Positions 24,152 to 32,526 of a DNA stretch of 33,753 nucleotides are shown here, piece by piece; positions within the stretch are counted from its first letter, which is position 1, and every line of letters starts with the position of its first letter. The stretch is from contig CP070830.1 in assembly GCA_020344865.1 (NCBI GenBank), positions 2,569,383 through 2,603,135 on the forward strand. Reading direction: 5' to 3'. The translations under genes and the position numbers were made by a program. This stretch comes from Planctomycetota bacterium (lineage in GTDB: Bacteria; Planctomycetota; Phycisphaerae; Sedimentisphaerales; Anaerobacaceae). The notes below the pieces were generated by a model, which searched no databases, had not been told where the DNA came from, and worked only from the letters and a program-made list of their open reading frames with translations.

Positions 24152-26674
24152 GTGCCGAAAATATCTCTTGACCTGATTGGAAAATGGGAATTCAAGCAAT
24201 ACCCGCTCCAGGCCCGGCGAATGCGCGACCTGGATTCAGCCGACTGGCTGCAAACATCCGTCCCCGGCTCCATCTTTAACAGCCTAATTGAAGCCGGGCA
24301 AATAAATCGGAGTGACATTGATACCGACCCTGAGAAATTCTCGTGGGTCAGCGAAAAACCGTGGGTATACAAAAAAGTTTTTGATGTCGGAGCCGAGCTG
24401 CTCAACTGCGACCGAGCCGAGCTGGTCTTCGACGGCCTGGACACAATAACCAGTGTCTGGCTCAACAACAAACTTATCGGCAAAACAAATAATATGTTCA
24501 TTCCATTTCGATTCGATGTAACAGGATTGTTGAATCCACAAAAAAACTCGCTACTGGTCAAATTCGAATCCGCCACTCTATACGCCGAGAAGCTGATGGG
24601 TCGATATACCTCGTTTACCGAGCCAGCGTCAACAGACCCCCGCCGTGCCTACATAAGAAAGGGACAATACCAGTTCGGCTGGGATTTCTGCCCCGCTCTT
24701 GCCGGCTGCGGAATCTGGCGAGACGTTCGCCTTGAAGGCACCAAAAAAGCGAGAATCGCTGATTTACACACCCGAACAGTTGAGTGCAACCAACGCTATG
24801 CCGACCTTAAAATCGCGCTAAACCTGGACACAGTTGCGAAAGAAGAAATCCTTTGCAGGCTGAATTTATCCTGTGCAGGGCAAGTAATCGAGCACGATGT
24901 GACTTTTGAGGCCGGCGAAGATGCTCAATCCACCGTAATCCGCATCGAGAAACCGTTTCTCTGGTGGCCAAGCGGCTACGGCCGACAGCACCTCTACAAA
25001 CTGGTGCTTGTGCTGCTAAGCGGCGATGAAATCATAGAGCAAACGGAGAAAAAAATCGGCATAAGAACGGCCAAAGTCAATCGCCTGCCGGATGAGCACG
25101 GCGAAAATTTTCAGTTTGAAATCAACAACAAACCTGTATTCGCCAAGGGAGCAAACTGGGTGCCTGCCTCCATATTTGCAGGCTCGGTCACAAGCAGCGA
25201 TTATAAAAAACTCCTCGACTCAGTAGCTGCATCGAACATGAATATGCTCCGTGTATGGGGCGGCGGCTACTACGAATCCAATAAATTTTACGAACTGTGC
25301 GACCAGCTCGGAATAATGGTCTGGCAGGATTTTATGTTCGCCTGCGCTTACTATCCCGACCGTCAGTGGTTTCTTGAGGAAGTAAAAAAAGAGGCAGCCA
25401 CAATTATAAGGCGGCTGAGAAATCACCCATGCCTTGTGCTATGGTGCGGCAATAACGAAATTGATTTAATGCATCATACAGGCAAGCTTGGCAAGAGCAA
25501 AAAGTTCCATGGCAAAAAAATTTACCACGAGCTTTTGCCGCCGCTGGCTGCCGAACTGGACCCCGATACCGACTACATACCGACAACACCACTGGGTGAT
25601 AAAAACAAGTTCAAAAGCGGTGAGTCACTGACAATACATCAATGGGGTGTCTGGTCCGGCCATCAACCGGTTCGCCAATACTTATGTCGTCCTCAAAACG
25701 TCCCGCGGTTCGTTACCGAATTCGGCTTACAATCACTGCCAAATATGGAAAGTATCAAAAATTTTTGTCCCCCCGAGCGGATGCGCATCGGCGGCCGCCC
25801 AATCGAAAAACACAACTATCAAATAGACGGCAACGGCCGCATATACCGTTACATGGGTGATCTGTTCGGCAGCGCCGAAAACCTTGAGCAGTTCGTGTAT
25901 TTGTCACAACTCACACAGGCTCGCGCAATCAAATCACACGTCGAATATTTAAGGGCACACAACCACCGAAATCACGGCGTATTATTCTGGCAGTTCAACG
26001 ATTGCAGCCCGGCAATAAGCTGGTCCTCGATGGACTACTTTAAAAAACCAAAAGCGCTTTATTACTACGCCAAGCGATTCTTTTCGGATATCTTAGTTGC
26101 GCTGGTGCCGGATTCGGAGCAAGCCCAGACAACTTCAGCACCGGCGCTGCAATCACCCAACGTTATTGTAATAAACGACAGCAATCAGCCAATAAGCGCT
26201 GCCCTAAGTTGTCGGCTGATTGACTTGTCCGGACATCTTCTCGACGAGGCTGTATTAACGTCCGCGATTGCTCCGTTTAGCACATCGGCCCCGCACAGAC
26301 TCCCGAAAGCAATCGTTTCCCCCACATATCCGGACAAATCGGCTTTACACCTGTTAGTTGAAAAGGACGGCGAGAAAATCGCAGAGAACCTGTTCTTCTA
26401 CCTGCCTGATAAATACATCGACTGGCCCAGAGTAGAAATCATCAAGTCAGTCTGCCAAATAGCAGACAAGCAGTGGCGGCTCGAACTAAAGTCAAATGCA
26501 ATTGCAAAGGATGTTCAAATCAACAGATCCGTCGCAGCAGAATTCAGCGACAATTTTGTAGATGTGATACCGCCCAGGCAGGTTGAGATAACAATCGATT
26601 GTGAGCAACCTACCGGTTCAATTGAACCTGAACTACAGCTAAAATCAATTAACTCGGTATTCCAAGGCTACTAA
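24152..26674 (+). CDS. Glycoside hydrolase family 2 beta-mannosidase-like enzyme
   Basis: The GH2 sugar-binding N-terminus includes LVFDGLDTITSVWLNNKLIGKTNNMF. The TIM-barrel motifs are NMLRVWGGGYYE and WQDFMFAC, with the acid/base motif WCGNNE and the nucleophile motif VTEFGLQS. The preferred start is GTG 24152, which has AAGGAG at 24138-24143. The ORF track's ATG at 24101 is the alternative. No signal peptide is present. Confidence 0.82.
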   Translation: MPKISLDLIGKWEFKQYPLQARRMRDLDSADWLQTSVPGSIFNSLIEAGQINRSDIDTDPEKFSWVSEKPWVYKKVFDVGAELLNCDRAELVFDGLDTITSVWLNNKLIGKTNNMFIPFRFDVTGLLNPQKNSLLVKFESATLYAEKLMGRYTSFTEPASTDPRRAYIRKGQYQFGWDFCPALAGCGIWRDVRLEGTKKARIADLHTRTVECNQRYADLKIALNLDTVAKEEILCRLNLSCAGQVIEHDVTFEAGEDAQSTVIRIEKPFLWWPSGYGRQHLYKLVLVLLSGDEIIEQTEKKIGIRTAKVNRLPDEHGENFQFEINNKPVFAKGANWVPASIFAGSVTSSDYKKLLDSVAASNMNMLRVWGGGYYESNKFYELCDQLGIMVWQDFMFACAYYPDRQWFLEEVKKEAATIIRRLRNHPCLVLWCGNNEIDLMHHTGKLGKSKKFHGKKIYHELLPPLAAELDPDTDYIPTTPLGDKNKFKSGESLTIHQWGVWSGHQPVRQYLCRPQNVPRFVTEFGLQSLPNMESIKNFCPPERMRIGGRPIEKHNYQIDGNGRIYRYMGDLFGSAENLEQFVYLSQLTQARAIKSHVEYLRAHNHRNHGVLFWQFNDCSPAISWSSMDYFKKPKALYYYAKRFFSDILVALVPDSEQAQTTSAPALQSPNVIVINDSNQPISAALSCRLIDLSGHLLDEAVLTSAIAPFSTSAPHRLPKAIVSPTYPDKSALHLLVEKDGEKIAENLFFYLPDKYIDWPRVEIIKSVCQIADKQWRLELKSNAIAKDVQINRSVAAEFSDNFVDVIPPRQVEITIDCEQPTGSIEPELQLKSINSVFQGY

Positions 26675-26685
26675 AAACATCCTCG

Positions 26686-28674
26686 TCATCGACCAGGAGG
26701 CCCATAGCCTGGGGGTCCGTAACCAGGAGGACCAAAGCCAGGAGGCCCGTAGCCGGGAGGACCATACCCCGGAGGCCCACCCTCTCCCGGTCTCGGGGCA
26801 CGCCTGTCCAGACCCGACTTGGTGCCCCATTCCCGCAAAGGCTCTTTCGGCTCCTTCTCGGCCCTTTTGATTTCATTGAATTTGCTCAACAACTCTTCGG
26901 ACCAATACCTCGACCTAATAGGCATGCGGTCCATATTCGCCCCATCAAAACTGTAAAGCATATCAAAATAATGCCTGGCTCGTAAATTTTTCCCGCCCGA
27001 CCAGTCGTTCACAGGCATGATGTCCACCATAACTGCTCCGGTAGCATAATCGACCATCTCCGGCACGGTAACTTTTTCTTTCTCCTCCTCATCTGTCATT
27101 TTGTACTCACTTGCGATGCCAATTGCCTCACCCTGCCTGACAGTAAAGTCCTTGGTGTACCAATACCCCAACACGTATCTGCATACCTGCACCGTCACCG
27201 CCTCGGCTGCTTCCTGTATATCCCGCGGGAAGAAGTACAACTTACCCGGAATATCCACGGGTTCCGTTGTATCAGAAAACCCGCTCCACAAAATAGCCTT
27301 GTCTTTCAGCGATTTGTCCTCCTCGTGGAACTGATTCGTACCGGCTATCGGATTATAAACACCCAAGCGCATTCGGTACCGGTAGCTTCTCTCGGGCTCA
27401 ACAGTATCATCATGCGCCCAGAACACCAACGGCTCATCTAACTTCGAAATATCCTTTTTCCTGTTAATTAAAAGTTCATCGAATTTTTTATAAACATCAC
27501 TTGTTGTCTTTAGAGCCTCTTTGGCCTTGTCCAGACGTTCCCTGTCACTGTCGCGATCCTGCTCAACACGCCTTCTTCTGGTAGGCGACCTTCTTCTTGT
27601 GGACATACCGCCCATAGGACCGCCGCCGCCGCCATAACCGGGAGGTCCACCACCACCTCCCCCACCAAACGGGCTGCCTACTCCCAACGTGGGACGCGTT
27701 CTCGATGTCCTGTTGCGTCGTTCCGAGCGTTCTTCTTTTCGCTCTTCCTTTTTTGCAGTCATGGCCTCACGCTTCTCCTGGGCATCTATCTCTCTCTGAT
27801 ACTCCAAATATTCCTTGTGCAACGATGGAGGAAACCATTCTTCTTTTGCAGATGCAATCTGATAACTCTCCGGCTGCAGCAGGTCCGCCTTGACCTGCCA
27901 ATCATCAAACTGTAGCATGCGCACTTTTATCCCTCCCGTCGGCAACTTATCCACATCCTCTATAACCTCAAACATTTTTTTGCAATGGTCAATCTTGGTT
28001 CGAGACACGTTTTCCCAAGTGCCCCAGCTGCCGTCGGCAAGCAACTGTTGTCTTTGCAACTGCACGGCCGCAAAAACCGGGATACCAAGACACGGATCAC
28101 GCCAGTCCTCCTGAACATTCTCACCGGCAAAACTTTCTCGGAATTTCTCGTATAGTCCCGCAACATCGAATTTCGCCTCCACAGTCACAAAATCAAGGTC
28201 ATTTGGCTCGTGCTCCGCCTGGTTATAAGTATTATCCTCGTCAATTTCCTGGGTAGGCACATAAGCCACCGCTCTGATATGCTCAACTTTAATGTCATTA
28301 ACCTCCCCGACAGACGGAATGCGATACTTTCTGTTGGCGATCACGTCCGTCAAGCTATGCCTGGGCTGGGGAATACCGAGGCTAACATCAATATTACTTA
28401 TGGCCGAGTCGAGGCGAGCCTCAAAATCAATAACCTGTGGTTTATATGGCTGCTTCGTCTGAGGCTTACGGCTGAGCTTGTCTTCAAGGACCTTGGTCCG
28501 TTCGACAATATAATTGTCAATATCACCGGAACTGAATTTCTTGCCGTCGTACTCCACGTGAGTGGGACTAAAAAGAACGTAGCTGATAAAAAGCCAGATG
28601 CAAACAAGCCCAAAGACTGCCAAAACTATCTTTTCAACATGCTCTTCGAAAAAGTTGCTGCCTTTTTTTACCAT
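26686..28674 (-). CDS. Membrane-anchored protein of unknown function with internal and C-terminal Gly/Pro/Tyr low-complexity tracts
   Basis: This is a long ORF with uniform coding character. A single N-terminal TM segment is present (IVLAVFGLVCIWLFISYVLF). I recognise no catalytic or family motif. The C-terminus is GGPPGYGPPGYGPPGFGPPGYGPPGYGPPGR. The preferred start is ATG 28674 (MVKKGSNFF); the ORF track uses TTG 28713. Confidence 0.7.
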   Translation of the reverse strand: MVKKGSNFFEEHVEKIVLAVFGLVCIWLFISYVLFSPTHVEYDGKKFSSGDIDNYIVERTKVLEDKLSRKPQTKQPYKPQVIDFEARLDSAISNIDVSLGIPQPRHSLTDVIANRKYRIPSVGEVNDIKVEHIRAVAYVPTQEIDEDNTYNQAEHEPNDLDFVTVEAKFDVAGLYEKFRESFAGENVQEDWRDPCLGIPVFAAVQLQRQQLLADGSWGTWENVSRTKIDHCKKMFEVIEDVDKLPTGGIKVRMLQFDDWQVKADLLQPESYQIASAKEEWFPPSLHKEYLEYQREIDAQEKREAMTAKKEERKEERSERRNRTSRTRPTLGVGSPFGGGGGGGPPGYGGGGGPMGGMSTRRRSPTRRRRVEQDRDSDRERLDKAKEALKTTSDVYKKFDELLINRKKDISKLDEPLVFWAHDDTVEPERSYRYRMRLGVYNPIAGTNQFHEEDKSLKDKAILWSGFSDTTEPVDIPGKLYFFPRDIQEAAEAVTVQVCRYVLGYWYTKDFTVRQGEAIGIASEYKMTDEEEKEKVTVPEMVDYATGAVMVDIMPVNDWSGGKNLRARHYFDMLYSFDGANMDRMPIRSRYWSEELLSKFNEIKRAEKEPKEPLREWGTKSGLDRRAPRPGEGGPPGYGPPGYGPPGFGPPGYGPPGYGPPGR
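26692..26778 (-). repeat. Coding tandem repeat: about 5 x 15 nt encoding (G-Y/F-G-P-P)n at the C-terminus of the 26686-28674 protein
   Basis: Read directly. The units use different synonymous codons for Gly (ggt/ggg/ggc/gga) and Pro (cct/ccg/ccc/cca). Confidence 0.9.
27604..27669 (-). repeat. Coding Gly-rich low-complexity tract (FGGGGGGGPPGYGGGGGPMGGM) inside the 26686-28674 protein
   Basis: Read directly from the translation. It is flanked by Arg/Ser/Thr-rich segments. Confidence 0.85.
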
Positions 28675-28782
28675 TTTAATTTTCCCGTCTTGAATTCTCG
28701 CTGACCAAGACAAATTAAATGACCCTTTGCGTTTGGCGGCCCGTTACCAACCAATACCCATCCATCTCCTTAATTCTTACAC

Positions 28783-30018
28783 CTACTCCGCCGCCGGCTT
28801 TGTGGCCTTCTTAATCGATTCCGGTTTGATTTCATCGTAGCCGTTCTTGTTAAAAATATACTCGCAAACCAGCTCCAATTCCACTACGGCGTCTTCGCCA
28901 TAGCGGTAGAGAAGGTGATTTGGACTTTCCCGATTAATAGCAATAACATCACTCTCCAAAACCGTTATTTGATTACGCTTGAAAATCCGCTCCTGCTCGT
29001 CCCCGAGAAATCCCCTGAACTTATGTTCTTTGGCGCTGCACAGCTGCTGCATAAAAGGTAAAATCGCCTTCGCGCTAATCACAACAGCCACATTAAAATG
29101 CACAATATCAATATCGTCATCCGTAAACCTTCCCGTACAGGGCTCCGCCAACCCCTGCCCAAGCACAAGAACATATTCAGGTCTCCCGCCAGTTGACGCT
29201 GACGTCTTCACAGTAGTGCTGCCCGCAATCCCACCAACGAAACTCACGCCCAAAAGCCTCTTGACCGGTGAGGTAAAAACACTGTTCGAGCCAGAATTCA
29301 GATCGCGTATCGTATAAACAACATCCTCCACGATCCAATAAGCCAACTGCCAATACCAACAGTCATCAATTGCGGTCGCTCTTCCGATGTACTGATACTC
29401 TTCCCAGAATTCGTAGCCGGGCAAATCTCGCGGTGTGGCATAAACAGATGCAGATTCAGCTTTTTCCCGGCAAATAACGTCGGTTATCGCAGTATCAACC
29501 TCGCTCAACCTGCCCGCCAACCCCCTGCCTCCCCTGAGGCTAAAAGCCGGTGAACTCTGCAAATTCCTCTGCAACTCGCTCTCTGAAGGACAATCACGAG
29601 CGTTCATAAGGGTTATCAGCTCCTCGACAGCTCCGCGATAACTCTTGCCGAACTCCTGAAAAATCAACGTAGACGTATCTTTGGGCTCCGGAAATACCTT
29701 ATAACTCAACAACTCTCTTTGAGTACTTTGCTTGGCTAAAAGGGCCGTCTGATTGGCGTCCGCCTCGTAAGCCTTCTGATACTCCTGCTCAATCTGCCAT
29801 TGGTTACGGGCAACAGTACTTTTGCTTAGAGACTCAACCTGCCTGCCCTTTGAAACACTTTCAGTTACTATTCGCTCCCTGAGCTTGCCACTCATTAACC
29901 TGGTAGGTATAAAAACAAGCACGCCTACCACAAATATAATGACCGGCACCAAAAACGCTGAATAATTCTTGAAAAAACTAAGCTTTTTAAAGAAGTTTTT
30001 AAGTCCTGAGATATTCAT
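28783..30018 (-). CDS. Membrane-anchored protein of unknown function, in the position PilO would occupy
   Basis: 411 aa. It has an N-terminal TM segment (YSAFLVPVIIFVVGVLVFI), then a predicted coiled-coil stretch (NQWQIEQEYQKAYEADANQTALLAKQ), then a globular region with no motif I recognise. It lies between, and is co-directional with, the PilMN-like gene and the 26686-28674 gene. Confidence 0.7.
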   Translation of the reverse strand: MNISGLKNFFKKLSFFKNYSAFLVPVIIFVVGVLVFIPTRLMSGKLRERIVTESVSKGRQVESLSKSTVARNQWQIEQEYQKAYEADANQTALLAKQSTQRELLSYKVFPEPKDTSTLIFQEFGKSYRGAVEELITLMNARDCPSESELQRNLQSSPAFSLRGGRGLAGRLSEVDTAITDVICREKAESASVYATPRDLPGYEFWEEYQYIGRATAIDDCWYWQLAYWIVEDVVYTIRDLNSGSNSVFTSPVKRLLGVSFVGGIAGSTTVKTSASTGGRPEYVLVLGQGLAEPCTGRFTDDDIDIVHFNVAVVISAKAILPFMQQLCSAKEHKFRGFLGDEQERIFKRNQITVLESDVIAINRESPNHLLYRYGEDAVVELELVCEYIFNKNGYDEIKPESIKKATKPAAE

Positions 30019-30166
30019 TTCAGCTCAACTGCCTATTCTTGTCTTCGATTGTTTGTTACCAACGCACCGGAACTTTTGCGGCACGCATGCCTTATACCCA
30101 CTCTACTCTTGACGGCCAATTCCGTAAAAAACAACATAGAAAACGCCAACCTCCGAGGCCGCGGCT

Positions 30167-32434
30167 TTAACTATCCGTGGCGGGCTCACTCGTCTTTGGC
30201 GCATCCTTCCAGATAAATTTTACATCCAACCTAAACCAATGGTCATTAGTTTCATAAACAACGTTGCCCGCTCTATCGATTTTCTCTTTTCCGTACTCGT
30301 CCACCTCGGCCATCCTGCTGATAATCTCCTTTGTCATAGGGTCGACCAAGACATCCACGCCCTCATCTCTGCGAACAACTTCTCCGCCTTTTACAGACCT
30401 GACATCACTAAGCCCTATGCCGGGCGGCACGCCGGCTTCCAGGTCCACTTCACTTATTTCCAACTTGAAATGTTGGACCTTGTCCTTTTTGTATAGTTCA
30501 AACGGGCTGTTGCCGTCGACAATTTCGTCAAGATGAAGCAATCGAGTAACGACACCCCATTTACTCGGGTCGTTCTCCACACCAACAGGGTCCATAAGTT
30601 CACCCAAATTCTCATACGGGCTGTAGCCCACTACGGTTACAATAAACCCGGGCTTTTCGCCCTCGTCCTTCGCCGAGTCATCTTCTTCCGCGCCCCTTCT
30701 TGAAGACCTCCTCGAACCGTACCCGCCGCCCATGCCAGGAGGACCGTAACCGGGAGGACCATAACCGGGAGGGCCGCCCATGCCAGGAGGACCATAGCCG
30801 GGAGGACCGTAACCCATAGGACCACCACCAATGCTCTTCTTACTTCTTTTCTTTCTAAGTCCGGCTCTCAGTAAATCGGCGGCGCCAAAATCTGCCTTGG
30901 CAATATCACCCGAAAAGAAAACGGACATATTTGTTATAAAGACCTGTTTGCGCTCTTTGCGGGGGATTTTCAAAACCGCTTCCACATCACCATCTGCAAA
31001 AGCCCCGTAAAGCCCACGCTGTTCAGGATTGTACTTTTCGCTCGGCAAAACCGAGAACAAGGTCTGGTGCAGTAACGGAACCACATCACGATAGCTAAAC
31101 GGCTCAAAGGCTTTTTCTATCGCCGCTTTATAGCCTGAGGCTTTGCTCTCCTCCGCATCGAGTTTGCTAACAGCTTGCCGGGCGGTCCTAACGACATTGT
31201 CAATCTTTTGCCGAACTTGAGCGTTACTAGCGTAACTGACCCTATCAACAAAAAACGTCCTTGCGAAAGCCAGAACCGAAACTAACAACAGCAAGCCGGC
31301 CGCCACGTTGAAATACTTGGCTTTACTCGCCCAAGCCATCGAGCGGGCAATGCTGCGAGGCAGCAGGTTGCTCTCAATCCTTGCCAAACCTAAGCCCTGT
31401 AAAGCAAGACCATAAACAATGCCAAAATCGCTTACGCTCTCATGAAACTTCGCCGTTGAGACACCCGAACCAATCGCGAGCCTCTTAAAAGAATCAGGCC
31501 TTTCGACAGGCATCTGCAGCGTCTGCTGCAAGTATTTGAGCAGACCGCGCATCTTCGTTCCGCCACCCAGCGCAATAATCCTCGACAATTTAGTGTTGGG
31601 ATTGGAACTATTGTAAAAGCCAAGCGACCTCTGGATTTCGGAGGCCAAATCCGTAAATACCGGCCTCATCGCCTGGAACACCTGCCGGGCATACTTGCTC
31701 ATAGGAGCAGTGCGCTTAAGTTTCTCAGCCTTTTCAAAATTCAGCTTAAAGGTATCAGCTATGGCCTTCGTAAAGGCATTGCCCCCCATCGGTATACACC
31801 TTTGCCAGACCGCTGATTTTGTGCAGACGACCAAATCGGTGTTTTCAGCACCAATATCAATAATAACAACAGCTTGACTCTCGGACTGGACCAAATCACC
31901 GCGGTCGTACAACGCGTAATTATACAGGGCCATCGGGGCCATCTGAACATAGCCAACCGTCACATTCTCCCTGCTAAAATGCTCCAGAAGCGAGCTGACC
32001 ACCTCATTCTTAATCGCAAATATACCCACCCTTTTCTCGGGGCTGTCCGCTTCGGTCATCAGCTGCCAGTCCCACTGCACCTCGTTGATATCAAAGGGAA
32101 TCTGTTGAGCGGCCTCAAATCTAACAATTTCGGGTATGCGCTTCTGCTCCACCGGTGGCAGCTTCACAAAGCGTGCAAAACTGTTATGGCTCGGCACAGA
32201 AACTACCACATCAGCCTTGGTTAAATCGTTCTGTTTGGCGAACTGGCGCAAGCTTAATGCAATCAGCTCTTCTCTTTCTGCGGGCTTGATACCACTTCCG
32301 GTAAGAATTTTGCTGTGCTGAATACTGTCGAAGCCGATTACTTGAACAGCATCTCCTACACTGCTCAAATGTAAAGCTTTTAATGCGTTATTTCCTATAT
32401 CTATTGCCCAAACCGAGCCGGATTCCACAGCCAT
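30167..32434 (-). CDS. PilM-PilN-like fusion protein (actin-like ATPase, PilN-type anchor and TM segment, ~370-aa periplasmic extension)
   Basis: 755 aa. The actin/PilM phosphate and adenosine motifs are WAIDIGNNALKA, VVIIDIGAENTDLVV and IIALGGGTKMRGL. A PilN-like SNLLPRS motif follows, then a TM segment (YFNVAAGLLLLVSVLAF). The long C-terminal region contains GGGPMGYGPPGYGPPGMGGPPGYGPPGYGPPGMGGGYG. GAGGG lies 8 nt upstream of the ATG. Confidence 0.8.
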   Translation of the reverse strand: MAVESGSVWAIDIGNNALKALHLSSVGDAVQVIGFDSIQHSKILTGSGIKPAEREELIALSLRQFAKQNDLTKADVVVSVPSHNSFARFVKLPPVEQKRIPEIVRFEAAQQIPFDINEVQWDWQLMTEADSPEKRVGIFAIKNEVVSSLLEHFSRENVTVGYVQMAPMALYNYALYDRGDLVQSESQAVVIIDIGAENTDLVVCTKSAVWQRCIPMGGNAFTKAIADTFKLNFEKAEKLKRTAPMSKYARQVFQAMRPVFTDLASEIQRSLGFYNSSNPNTKLSRIIALGGGTKMRGLLKYLQQTLQMPVERPDSFKRLAIGSGVSTAKFHESVSDFGIVYGLALQGLGLARIESNLLPRSIARSMAWASKAKYFNVAAGLLLLVSVLAFARTFFVDRVSYASNAQVRQKIDNVVRTARQAVSKLDAEESKASGYKAAIEKAFEPFSYRDVVPLLHQTLFSVLPSEKYNPEQRGLYGAFADGDVEAVLKIPRKERKQVFITNMSVFFSGDIAKADFGAADLLRAGLRKKRSKKSIGGGPMGYGPPGYGPPGMGGPPGYGPPGYGPPGMGGGYGSRRSSRRGAEEDDSAKDEGEKPGFIVTVVGYSPYENLGELMDPVGVENDPSKWGVVTRLLHLDEIVDGNSPFELYKKDKVQHFKLEISEVDLEAGVPPGIGLSDVRSVKGGEVVRRDEGVDVLVDPMTKEIISRMAEVDEYGKEKIDRAGNVVYETNDHWFRLDVKFIWKDAPKTSEPATDS
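30716..30829 (-). repeat. Coding tandem repeat encoding GGGPMGYGPPGYGPPGMGGPPGYGPPGYGPPGMGGGYG in the PilMN-like protein
   Basis: Read directly. It has an internal duplication of the GYGPPGYGPPGMGG unit. Confidence 0.9.
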
Positions 32435-32526
32435 AATTAGCCCTCGCCGTTATGCTCAAAACCTGCTTTGAATAATCCTGTAAGTTAGCTTCAACAATAC
32501 CTCATTATACCATATTATATCATATT

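Noticed and set aside
26675-26685. An intrinsic terminator between the convergent mannosidase gene and the 26686-28674 gene
   Set aside because: Only 11 nt separate the two stop codons and no hairpin is possible there. Likewise, no convincing hairpin with a U-tract was found at 1069-1105 or 13374-13441.
26645-26876. Two short minus-strand ORFs (26645-26830 and 26649-26876), and 30637-30831, that read the GYGPP repeat DNA in other frames
   Set aside because: These are frame artefacts of Gly/Pro-codon repeats, with Trp/Ser/Leu/Arg-rich nonsense translations. They are fully nested in the long, coherent ORFs.
26692-30829. Short tandem DNA repeats as a possible CRISPR array or non-coding satellite
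   Set aside because: The 15-nt units are in frame within long ORFs, have no spacers, and encode a coherent peptide repeat. No CRISPR-like repeat-spacer architecture exists anywhere in the window.
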